Origin: a virus
Lineage: Duplodnaviria > Caudoviricetes
Direction: 5' to 3' (one strand)
Length of the DNA stretch: 64,000 bases
Virus record (IMG/VR): IMGVR_UViG_3300029288_000118
Span: 1 to 64,000 of that record
Each line of letters starts with the position of its first letter. The stretch's first letter is position 1. Under the pieces are notes generated by a model. The model was not told the DNA's origin. It was given only the letters and a program-made list of their open reading frames with translations, and did no database searches. Shown one piece after another: positions 18,501 through 27,000 of the stretch. The position numbers were made by a program, and so were the translations under genes.

Positions 18501-21500
18501 GTCAATACTGCATTACTTGCTCAATTGGATAAAGATTTTATACGCACGGTGAGTAAAAAGGGAGAAGACACACACGAACTCGTGAAAGTGACCGCACCGA
18601 TCATAGCAGATAATCAAAAAGATATCGCAGAAGGCAGTGTGCCACCTAATGGTGATATCCAGAAATTTTTAAAGAATGCCATTGATCATTATGGTACGTT
18701 GAATAGCACGGTAAAGAACTCTTTGAAAGTAGACAAGAACGGCAATATACCATTCCTGGAGACCGGAGAGCAAGGGCGCAAGAATCCGGATAGCCTTATA
18801 TCTCGGATGAGACAAGAAACAATCGAATTCGGGGACAAGAAAAGCGGTAACATATTCCGGAATCCAGTGAACGTTATTGGAATGATTGCTTATCATCAGG
18901 CAATGACTCCCAGAGATCCAGAGAAAAAAGATCAAGCGCGGGAATTATTCGCGCTGAAGATGAAGCGATTCGCGGACGCGATGAAGACACTTAAAGAGAA
19001 GGCGCAACAAGGCGGGGATATATTTGCAGCCCAGTTGAGCGAAGAAGAGCAAACGCGACAACAGCAGGAAGATATCATTAAAATAGCAGAGAGAGTATTC
19101 CTGGAGAATAAGCCTTACCGGGAAGAAAACCCAGAGGAAATGACAGCAGAAGAAAAAGAAGCTGGCAAAGAGACGTATAATGCATTTAATGTCTACAAAC
19201 GGATGAGAGATGTATCACAGGAATTTCAGTTTGAATTAGAACACCACAAACTCAAAAAATCGTTGTTAGGATACTTCTTTAAGTCTATTATCCAAAAGCA
19301 ACACGGTGAATTAAAGCAGTTCAAAACGGATCAGATGAATCTATTTGGAGCACCGGAGGAAAAGCATAATATAGGGGACATAAAGATAGAGAACGGAATT
19401 AAATATACTCTGCTTGAGACTACGATAGGAAAGCCCAGATGGCATACTGAAGCCGAGATAGAGGCGATGAAGAAACAGAAACAAATTCAACCGAAGCCAG
19501 AAGAACATAAACCCGAAACAAAGCCAGTCTCTAAAATTCCATTCACCAAACTGAAACCTGAAGTAAAACAGGAACCGCAGCAATCCAAAAGAGCAAAAGG
19601 GGAATTCTATAAAGTAGATGATGATATTGTAGGTGAAATTCATAAGATGGAAGGATTTAACGATACTCACGGTATTAATGCAAACGTATTCGCAGAGAGA
19701 GTTGAAGTAATCAAAGGATTCTCAAAAGAGAAAAGATATTTCCCGCAGATAAAAGACTATGAGAATGAAGAGACAATCACAATAGGCGATACAAGGAAAG
19801 GCTATAAATCTCTTTCAGAAGCAAAAAAGGCATTGAAAGAAGAACTTGCAACCTATCTTAAAAACAATGCTGAGAATATTAAAAAGCATTATGGAAGCGA
19901 GTATGTTGAAATCAAGTCAGAAGATAAAGAGGAAAAACCAACGTCAAAACCGATTCGCACTGAAGCATATCGGAAGAGACAACAAGATATTGACAATATG
20001 AAAAAAGGGGTTGAAATAACGAAAGATCATATTGAATCACTTACCGATGCCGTAGAAAATCCAGCATGGGAAGCATCGAGGAAAGAATATCCTGAGAGGG
20101 CAGAAGATTTTATTAAGCAGTTAAAGGAAGCGAAAAAAACACTTGCAAAAGAGGAAAAGGAATTAGCAGAGATAGAGAAGGTTCATGCGAGAGAAACCGA
20201 AATAGAAAACAGGCAGGAACCACTATTTGCAGAAAAGCAAAAAGCGGAAGCGCAGGCAAAGAATAAAAAATTATCAGGCGAGTTATTATCTGAATTCAAA
20301 GACGGTAAATATTCAGGGGTAGAGTTTAAAGCACTTGGGATTGCTAAAGATATTAAAGAATATAAATGCTCAATGATTATCGGAAAGAAGCTGGACGCGA
20401 AAAATAATAGCGAAAAACTAAAACAGCTTGCAGCACTCTCGCAGATATACCGGGATCCAAGATTTGAGACATTCAGAATAATATATACAAAGGGAGATAA
20501 GATAGTTGGACACACGGGGATTACTTTAAGACTTCCAGGTTCGACCTTGATAGTCCCGCCAAATATAAAAGGCAAAGATGTCTATAAACACTATCAAATA
20601 GAGATGGAGAATCTGAAAGCCGATGGAATGTACTTTGTGCATAATCATCCTTCTGGTCATGTCACACCGTCTATACATGATATTACGGCAACAAAAGAAA
20701 TAGCAAAGAACTTAGGAGATAAATTCAAAGGGCATGTAGTAATAGATTCCAATATTTACTCAACGATTGATAAGGACGGATATGTTGACGAGGAATTAGC
20801 TATACCCACCGAAGAAGAAAAAGAAGATGTGCTGACAACGCCAAGCATTCCGCACGATATTTTAGGGGAAAAGATTTTTGATCCCGCTGGGATAGCGACA
20901 ATAATGAGAAAACACAAATTGGACATAGAAGATGGAAAAAGCAAAATAGTAATAGCATTGGATGCGTATAATAAGATTAGAGGAATAATAGTGGTAGATA
21001 AATATCTACTGCTTGATAAAGAGAAAGCGAAAGACATATTAAGGAGAATATCAGTCCAGTCTGGATGTCAATCTCTGTTTATCGCGGGTATTGAAGATCA
21101 GTATAACAAAGAAGAAGATTTTACTTCCAGTAATGCCAATATCAGAGATTTATATAAAGAGAATTTTATACTCGATGTTGTTTCAAAAAGAGGGAATTCA
21201 TTAATGATGGGGACGGGAATTATGAGGAATCCCGACAGTGATCCATTCGGAGTTAAAGAGGAATCAAGGCAACTTGTGAAGTCAATCTTCCGATTCTTTA
21301 AGTCTCAAATGGATATGTTTGGAGCACCGAAGCAACCGACACAGCCAAAACCTGAAGGTGGAATATCCTGGAAAGCGTTAGGACAAGAAAAACCAGGACA
21401 TAAATACATACGCAGGGAAAGAGGCAAGACTGGAGAATGGGTATACTACTACAAGGACGCACAAGGCAGGGAATTCAAGGGAGACGCGAAGGGCAAAGAG

Positions 21501-22964
21501 CTTTCGAAACATCATGACTGGAATAAAGGTGATGTAGTTATACACGACGGCAGAAAGTATGAGCTTGGTAAATTCGGCGATACAATGGCAACCATTGTTA
21601 GTCAAAAAGGAGAAGTCAAAGCTGTGAGGATAGCCGAACTCACGCACGAAGCCGAACACCAAAAGAAATTAGTGACCGAACACGAAACCAAATGGGATAG
21701 ATTAGTATCAGCATTGGAAGCGGATGTAGCACAATTTGACAAAACTGGAAAATCTATAAACTTCCCAGAAGACAAGAAATTTGAATTGCAACGAAAGTTA
21801 AAATATGCAAAAGAAGAAAGAGATAAGAGAAAAGTTAACAAACAGAATTCCCCCAACGTCGCTTCCGACGACGTTATCCCCAGCGAACCTGGTTTGGTCC
21901 CTGCAACCAAGCCAGGTTCTTCCTCTAAGAAAGTAGATCAGACCGAAACGCCAGAATTCAAGAAGTGGTTTGGAGATAGTAAAGTAGTTGATAAAGAGGG
22001 AAAGCCGAAAGTAGTATATCATGCCTCTACTGAGAACTTTAAGGAATTTGATACAAGTGCAGAGGGAGCACATTTCGGGACTGAAGAACAAGCGTTAAAT
22101 CTTAAAAAAGCCGGAAAGAAAAAACCAAAGGCATTCTATCTTTCTATAAATAATCCCTTACGCATGGATGATGTTGGAATATGGAATGATTTTAATGGAA
22201 TCCATGCCAGACTCGCGAACGAAGATAAAATAACAGCAAAAGAAGCAGATGAAATATGGGATGAATGGCAAAAAACCGATGAGAAAGGATGGAGTAAACT
22301 TAAAGAAGTTTTGAAAAGAAAAGGTTATGATGGATTCGTTTATGCAAATGAGCAAGAAGGTGAAGGCGATTCTTATGTAGCCTTCTCTCCAGAACAAATT
22401 AAATCAATTGAGAATAAAGGAACATTTGATCCCAACACTGGAGACATAACGAAATCCGTTTCAACCTTTTTTAAGCAACTTACCAAAGCCCGTAAAGAGA
22501 CCGATACCGAACCTACTGAAGCACAGAAAGAAGCCGGAAATTATGCAAAAGGCAAATTAGAACTTTATGGGTTAACTATCAGTATAGAAAATCCGAAGGG
22601 AAGTATTCGTAGAGGAAAAGATAAAAATGGCACTCCCTGGAAATGCAAACTTAGAAATGATTACGGATATATACTCGGTACGGTAGGAAAAGACAAGGAT
22701 CATCTCGATGTATTTTTAGGTAAAGATATTAATGCTAAGAATGTCTATATCGTGAATCAACAAGACCCAGAGACAAAGGCATTCGATGAACACAAAATAA
22801 TTCTATTAATGCCAAACAAAAGAAAAGCCATCAAGGCATATAAATCAAATTATGCAGACGATGCAAGCAAAAGGATAGATAGTGTTACTGAAATGACCAT
22901 TGAAGAATTTAAAAAATGGATTGAGAACGGAAATCATAAAGAGAAAGCAATAGTCCAGTGTTAA
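15549..22964 (+). CDS. Giant polyvalent protein: ddrB-like ParB, JAB/RadC-like, ART-PolyVal and inorganic pyrophosphatase-like domains
   Basis: ParB: HPSELQARERS...GAPV...QGNGRT (~17830-18300); JAB: E...HNHPSGHVTPSIHD (~20420-20790); ART: TPEFKKWFGDSKVVD...VYH...GYDG...QIKS (~21940-22450); InPase: PTEAQKEAGNY...IENPKGS...YGYI...DHLDVF...FDEHK (~22490-22960). Confidence 0.85.
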   Translation: MNTLYFAKSTSGMIHRGSVLTPEPTASNQTPVIAKDFETFQHGEDLYLLADKEPLEFIGSLQTSTGQEYYFQKSNITYRYNSNFELIELSPNWLKKGIATNKGIVIELGDDLAICKNGEGEKLYFKKSLLPIETNLELALQENEAIIYRARLHKSLTATTPEIKQGAPKFRVSFASPKAQIVPTQEHTEGETRQFGPNDLRQLSRGKAGQLRWLSIDEKAKLQQAKQKAQAEESKQKERTKYAEGINTGGRIGTLSKLFRIGKEIFVGGRKAEVIDYGDDVIAVRKDDGTTTTVRASEYNPERQQPEKVVPKKTTETPEELAKKERETREAKTRLETDIHSQTPRNKYYDEQQAIIKEQEQLPEYQTFQSENEKEGWTKDIATPFRFVKDISFVSSMGNLRSGTAEKVWRPEKKDYDYYFEGEGFNVTYQGKDYRIVGMDQDKIDIKDQFGNKQTIKNNELDQYRGQIILDAEGNARIKNIQGEEFSLELVEGLNQEDLFKEGIVKIIKDEVWKSIKTGEGAVVDDVKLGRIRRGVTFYKHGNEAGIIDENKHAHQVAKNDVKRDLPEPDEKIKAIQIEVKKEHQKLDKQNLERQDLEIVKARVLHGNQNVPYAQKGKDLEPEKYRDVFDNWLKDGGEGIDEQIAGSYTNPEEWKANVLSLAERMRAEDIKRASEVQAMNDFAKSGVVIEAPKPKEIEAYIETAKDILMSRRKDFLRSKQVEKDEGAKFQWDDLAELPATESGSLVSDNVKVIRDSRNESYQVQYAFVPKQNIVTSNDISGKTNPEHPSELQARERSQDEASTLQMKKIAENPNEELVEDNKDATRGAPVGFTKDGKVYIVQGNGRTGAVLGMEGAGKEKYFGMMLQKAQELGIPTDKVTDDMMLVRTLSPVHTYEDARKLGAFGQKSSALPMTEVEEARSFQNAQRLKFGLNLNLTGIGRRSINEKNVGTFIRNNPQVYQKILKLSGYDPIAVQYRPAEQAKVVNTALLAQLDKDFIRTVSKKGEDTHELVKVTAPIIADNQKDIAEGSVPPNGDIQKFLKNAIDHYGTLNSTVKNSLKVDKNGNIPFLETGEQGRKNPDSLISRMRQETIEFGDKKSGNIFRNPVNVIGMIAYHQAMTPRDPEKKDQARELFALKMKRFADAMKTLKEKAQQGGDIFAAQLSEEEQTRQQQEDIIKIAERVFLENKPYREENPEEMTAEEKEAGKETYNAFNVYKRMRDVSQEFQFELEHHKLKKSLLGYFFKSIIQKQHGELKQFKTDQMNLFGAPEEKHNIGDIKIENGIKYTLLETTIGKPRWHTEAEIEAMKKQKQIQPKPEEHKPETKPVSKIPFTKLKPEVKQEPQQSKRAKGEFYKVDDDIVGEIHKMEGFNDTHGINANVFAERVEVIKGFSKEKRYFPQIKDYENEETITIGDTRKGYKSLSEAKKALKEELATYLKNNAENIKKHYGSEYVEIKSEDKEEKPTSKPIRTEAYRKRQQDIDNMKKGVEITKDHIESLTDAVENPAWEASRKEYPERAEDFIKQLKEAKKTLAKEEKELAEIEKVHARETEIENRQEPLFAEKQKAEAQAKNKKLSGELLSEFKDGKYSGVEFKALGIAKDIKEYKCSMIIGKKLDAKNNSEKLKQLAALSQIYRDPRFETFRIIYTKGDKIVGHTGITLRLPGSTLIVPPNIKGKDVYKHYQIEMENLKADGMYFVHNHPSGHVTPSIHDITATKEIAKNLGDKFKGHVVIDSNIYSTIDKDGYVDEELAIPTEEEKEDVLTTPSIPHDILGEKIFDPAGIATIMRKHKLDIEDGKSKIVIALDAYNKIRGIIVVDKYLLLDKEKAKDILRRISVQSGCQSLFIAGIEDQYNKEEDFTSSNANIRDLYKENFILDVVSKRGNSLMMGTGIMRNPDSDPFGVKEESRQLVKSIFRFFKSQMDMFGAPKQPTQPKPEGGISWKALGQEKPGHKYIRRERGKTGEWVYYYKDAQGREFKGDAKGKELSKHHDWNKGDVVIHDGRKYELGKFGDTMATIVSQKGEVKAVRIAELTHEAEHQKKLVTEHETKWDRLVSALEADVAQFDKTGKSINFPEDKKFELQRKLKYAKEERDKRKVNKQNSPNVASDDVIPSEPGLVPATKPGSSSKKVDQTETPEFKKWFGDSKVVDKEGKPKVVYHASTENFKEFDTSAEGAHFGTEEQALNLKKAGKKKPKAFYLSINNPLRMDDVGIWNDFNGIHARLANEDKITAKEADEIWDEWQKTDEKGWSKLKEVLKRKGYDGFVYANEQEGEGDSYVAFSPEQIKSIENKGTFDPNTGDITKSVSTFFKQLTKARKETDTEPTEAQKEAGNYAKGKLELYGLTISIENPKGSIRRGKDKNGTPWKCKLRNDYGYILGTVGKDKDHLDVFLGKDINAKNVYIVNQQDPETKAFDEHKIILLMPNKRKAIKAYKSNYADDASKRIDSVTEMTIEEFKKWIENGNHKEKAIVQC

Positions 22965-23497
22965 TTTTTATATCCATTCTTAATAAGATATTGACGTATA
23001 GTTGGAGGAGAGACATTACATCTTCTCGCAATACGATTCATAGGGATTTGTTTCTCGAACAAATCTATACACAATTTGACATTCCATTTAGGATTCCCCC
23101 ATCTTGGATTATTTGTCCCCAATCCTTTTCTTTTAAATACCCTTTGAATAGATCCACCAGTAACATTAAAAATCTTGCCTATTTTCTCAAAAGAATAACC
23201 CATCTTTCTAAGTTTTACAGCTTTCTCAAGAGACCATTTTCTTCTCTCACCATCGTGTATATAAGACATATGATAAGATTGGTTTGTTATTTCAAGATTA
23301 TCAATAGAATTATTCAATCCATTTTCATCTTTGTGGTGAACTATTTCTGTTCTCAAAAGAGGACGGCCAAGATATTTTTCCATAATCAATCGATGCTCAA
23401 AACGTTGTCTTCGTATGCCATCAATATAAACGCTAACCAATCGATAGGATGTTTTATGATTAGGAAATTTTCTAATATGATTAATTTTTCGAGGCAT
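22961..23497 (-). CDS. HNH homing endonuclease with C-terminal HTH repeats
   Basis: EHRLIMEKYLGRPL...EIVHHKDENGLNNSIDNLEI; two HTH-like segments. Confidence 0.85.
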   Translation of the reverse strand: MPRKINHIRKFPNHKTSYRLVSVYIDGIRRQRFEHRLIMEKYLGRPLLRTEIVHHKDENGLNNSIDNLEITNQSYHMSYIHDGERRKWSLEKAVKLRKMGYSFEKIGKIFNVTGGSIQRVFKRKGLGTNNPRWGNPKWNVKLCIDLFEKQIPMNRIARRCNVSPPTIRQYLIKNGYKN

Positions 23498-23562
23498 AAT
23501 ATTCTCTCTTTGTTTGATGAATCCAATGTAATGATAAGTTTTTTAAACTGCAAAAGACCACA

Positions 23563-23868
23563 ATGAAACCAATTAGTTCATATCCGAAGCAAGAACATCA
23601 GCCAGGATTCGTAGTGTGGGAGCTGGATCATCAGGACGGTCAGCGTAGACTCGAATTCTTTTGTGAAGCCTGTGGCTATAATCATTTTTTTGATGAACGC
23701 TGGATGTGGAATGGTGATTATGTGAAACCGACGTTTTATCCAAGCCTATTGGTCAACGGTCATACTCCGAGCATGAAATGTCATAGTTTTGTGACCGACG
23801 GCGAAATTCATTACCTGGCTGATTGTTTTCACGGTTTTAAAAATCAGCGTATACCGCTAAAACCATAA
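23563..23868 (+). CDS. DUF6527 family protein
   Basis: FFCEACG..H...WNGD..KPTFYPSLL...CHSFVTDGEI..LADC.H. Confidence 0.75.
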   Translation: MKPISSYPKQEHQPGFVVWELDHQDGQRRLEFFCEACGYNHFFDERWMWNGDYVKPTFYPSLLVNGHTPSMKCHSFVTDGEIHYLADCFHGFKNQRIPLKP

Positions 23869-23873
23869 TACAA

Positions 23874-24059
23874 ATGAAGAAAGTAAACAACATACCTAAG
23901 CAAGCAACGGAGACAAAAACATGTGTATGTAAACAACCAGAATTTGCATTCAAAACACCGTCGATGAAAACAGACGGAACTTATTTCCAATATTGTAAGA
24001 AGTGTCAGAAATTTAGAGATGTGCCAAAACCCAAGCAAGGTAGAGAATTAATATTTTAG
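23874..24059 (+). CDS. Small zinc-ribbon protein
   Basis: CVC...YCKKCQK. Confidence 0.5.
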   Translation: MKKVNNIPKQATETKTCVCKQPEFAFKTPSMKTDGTYFQYCKKCQKFRDVPKPKQGRELIF

Positions 24060-24070
24060 AGGATATCACC

Positions 24071-27000
24071 ATGAGTAATATTCCATTTAATTATTTAAAA
24101 GTATCACAAACACAGTATGAGATGCCAGAGCCAAATAATATATGGAGATTTTTAAAAAGCCAATTAGGCTTATTTGCTGGATCTCCGCAAAAGCAAGCTC
24201 CGATGCCGGCCAAACCTAAAAATATTCCATTTGCATCTCAAAAGCCGAAAGAAAGTCCTAATATCGGAGACGTGAAAGTTGAAGGTGATCATAAATATAT
24301 ATTTTTGGAAACGACTATTGGCAAACCGAGATGGCATACTCATGAAGAACTTCTCCAGATGGTAAAAGAGGGCAAACAGGTACCCGAGATAGCAAAAAAG
24401 AAAATGCCAATGCTTCAAACGCGGGAAGAAAGCAAGAAACCCGTTTCGATCACGGGCGAAGAAATCAAAGTAGGAGATTATATCTATTATGGGAGAGATC
24501 CACGAGAACAAGGATTCAGCGAAAAGCAAATAAAACCGCATGAACTAAAAAAGGTAACGGGGTTTAAAGATATCGGTGGAGGGATACATCCTACCTGGAA
24601 GCCGGATAAAAAAGTTAATAAATATGATAAAGGCTATAATTTTTCCGCAAAAGAATACAGCATCATTAAGGACGCAGAAAAATTTATAAATCCAGATAAA
24701 TCGAAAAAAGAAGACGAGACTAAACAAGCGATGGAATTAGGCAAGAAAGCATTTCAAGCTGGAGGCATACGCACTCCCAGCCTTGACAAAGAATTAATGA
24801 AGATGCTTGAAGGTGCGCAGGTAGGTGAAAAAACTCATGTGCTGGAAGCCTGGAATAAGGGTTGGGATCAGGAAAATCTCAAAAAGCCAGAAGAAGAACC
24901 GAAGCAAACTGAAATCCCATCTGAGAAACTAAGCAAACCGAAATTATCCGCTGAAGAACAATATGTCCAAGATCAAATTAAAAAGGGAGACCTGGAAACG
25001 GCTATTAAACGACAACAGGGAATGAGAAAAACTGAATATACTGAAGACCAGCAAGCTAAAATAAATGATCTCAATAAGTTGATGCAACGTAGAGCGCAAC
25101 TCCAAAGAGAGATAGATGCACCGTTGACAGCAGTTAAAGACGTAGAAAAAGGTGGTCAGAAATTTGAGGTTGACACCAAAAAATATGCAAAGAGGGAAAT
25201 GAAGTATCTTGACAAGCGTATAGGTGCATTAAAGCAGGAACTTGGAAAACTGGGAGAAAACTTATTTGAGACTCAGGAAGACATATTCTCACAGGCAACT
25301 CCAGAGCCGAAAGATCAATTATCAGAGAATATCAATAAGCAAGTAGAAGAACAAAAGAAAAAGGAAGCACCGTCTTTAAAAACCCTAATGGCTACACAAT
25401 CGGAAGTATTAAAACTTGCAGCAATACCAGAAGAAGATATACCGATGTACGCGTTAAACTCTATGGCCGATGGAGCAAAATTACGATCGTACTCTACTGA
25501 AGTTATCAAGGGAGAAATCACGATTCAACAGGCAGCGGACAAGGTGAAGAATGACTATACAAAGATGAAAGAGGGGGAGAAGCCAACAAATGTTGCTCCG
25601 TTACCGTCGACGGAGAAAAAAGAAATATGGCAAATGACGAAAAACGAATATGCAAACAGTAAAGAAAACTTAGACGAGTACACTGACGCAATAAAAAATC
25701 CACCATTAGCAGGCGAAGGCACTATGGAAAGAAGTGCTGGAATTTTAGGAGCAAGTAAAGAAGAGGCAATTAAGAGCGGTGAACGTATGCACAAGATGGA
25801 AGTAAAAAATGCACTTAAAGAAGGGAAAGAAGTTCCATCTGAAGTTCTTAAAGATTATCCAGAACTTGAAAAAGAATATAAAGATACTCTCCCTCTCCGG
25901 CCAGAGGATAAGGATTCCAAAGAAGGGGATATCAAGACTATCAATGGAATTCAGTATCAATTGAAGCGCGGTGAAAGCGGTGAACTCCGGTGGCATAGGG
26001 TAACAGGAAAAGAGGAAAAAGAAGCATGGCAGACAGGAAGGGACGAATATGCTATTTCCAAAAATTCTCCAAAACCTGAAATAGAAATAGGAGACATTTC
26101 TTTCCATCAGTTAAGTAAGATGTCAGAAAGAGCTAAAGCAGAAACGACGAAAAAGCGAGTAGCCGAACGAAAAATAGCAAAAGAAAAATACGATAATGCA
26201 ACTAAAGAGTGGGAGGACAAGATATGGGATGCTTATCGGCAAGGAAAATTTTCGGCAAACGATGTTTATGATACAGACGCATTTTATGTATTAAATGAAA
26301 GATTAACAAAAGAAGGTATAGACATTGACTCTCCATTCAAGATAAGCCAGAAAAACGAAGATGAAAGATCAAAATATTTGTCAGGGATTGACAATACTGC
26401 AAAAGGTAAATTTACAGAAAAGCAATCCGAACCCGTTGTAATCCCGCGTCAAGAAGCCATCGAAGAGCATGAGCATTTAATGGAAGTACTCGAGAATGGA
26501 ACTGAAGAAGAACGTAAAGCAGAGGCCGAAAAGCAAGCAAAAGAACTCAAAGAGTATAAGGGCGAATCGCTGAAGGAAAAAGTAGAAGAACGATTGAGTG
26601 AGAAACAAGCTGGGAAAAAATTCAAAGACGTAGGTACTCGAGTAGGCGGAAGCCGGAAAGAGATTGCCGCAATTCGAGTATTGACCGCAGGTGATCTGGA
26701 TAAACTTGATAATGCTACAGCTTACAGAGTAGTAACGAAAGAAAGAATATTACCAGATATTAATCCTCAAGCAGAGAAGGATAATGGAGTAGAGAGTGGA
26801 GCTGCATACATGAAGAAGAAACTCCGTGAATCTGTAAATGCCAAACCGCCTAATACCCCAGAAGACCGAAAGAAATTTGTTGAACTGACTCCAAAGATAT
26901 TTGAGAAAATCGATGCAGCAAAAACAATTGAAGATATTCGTACGATCGGCAACGAAGACTTTGAGACATTTATGGACTGGGGAAGCCGTAAGCGTGTAAC

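Noticed and set aside
1099-23497. Introns or inteins linked to the EndoVII and HNH genes
   Set aside because: Flanking genes appear complete and no splice-junction or intein motifs were recognised.
22958-23566. 202-aa + strand ORF
   Set aside because: Antisense shadow of the HNH gene, which has clear motifs; this frame has none.
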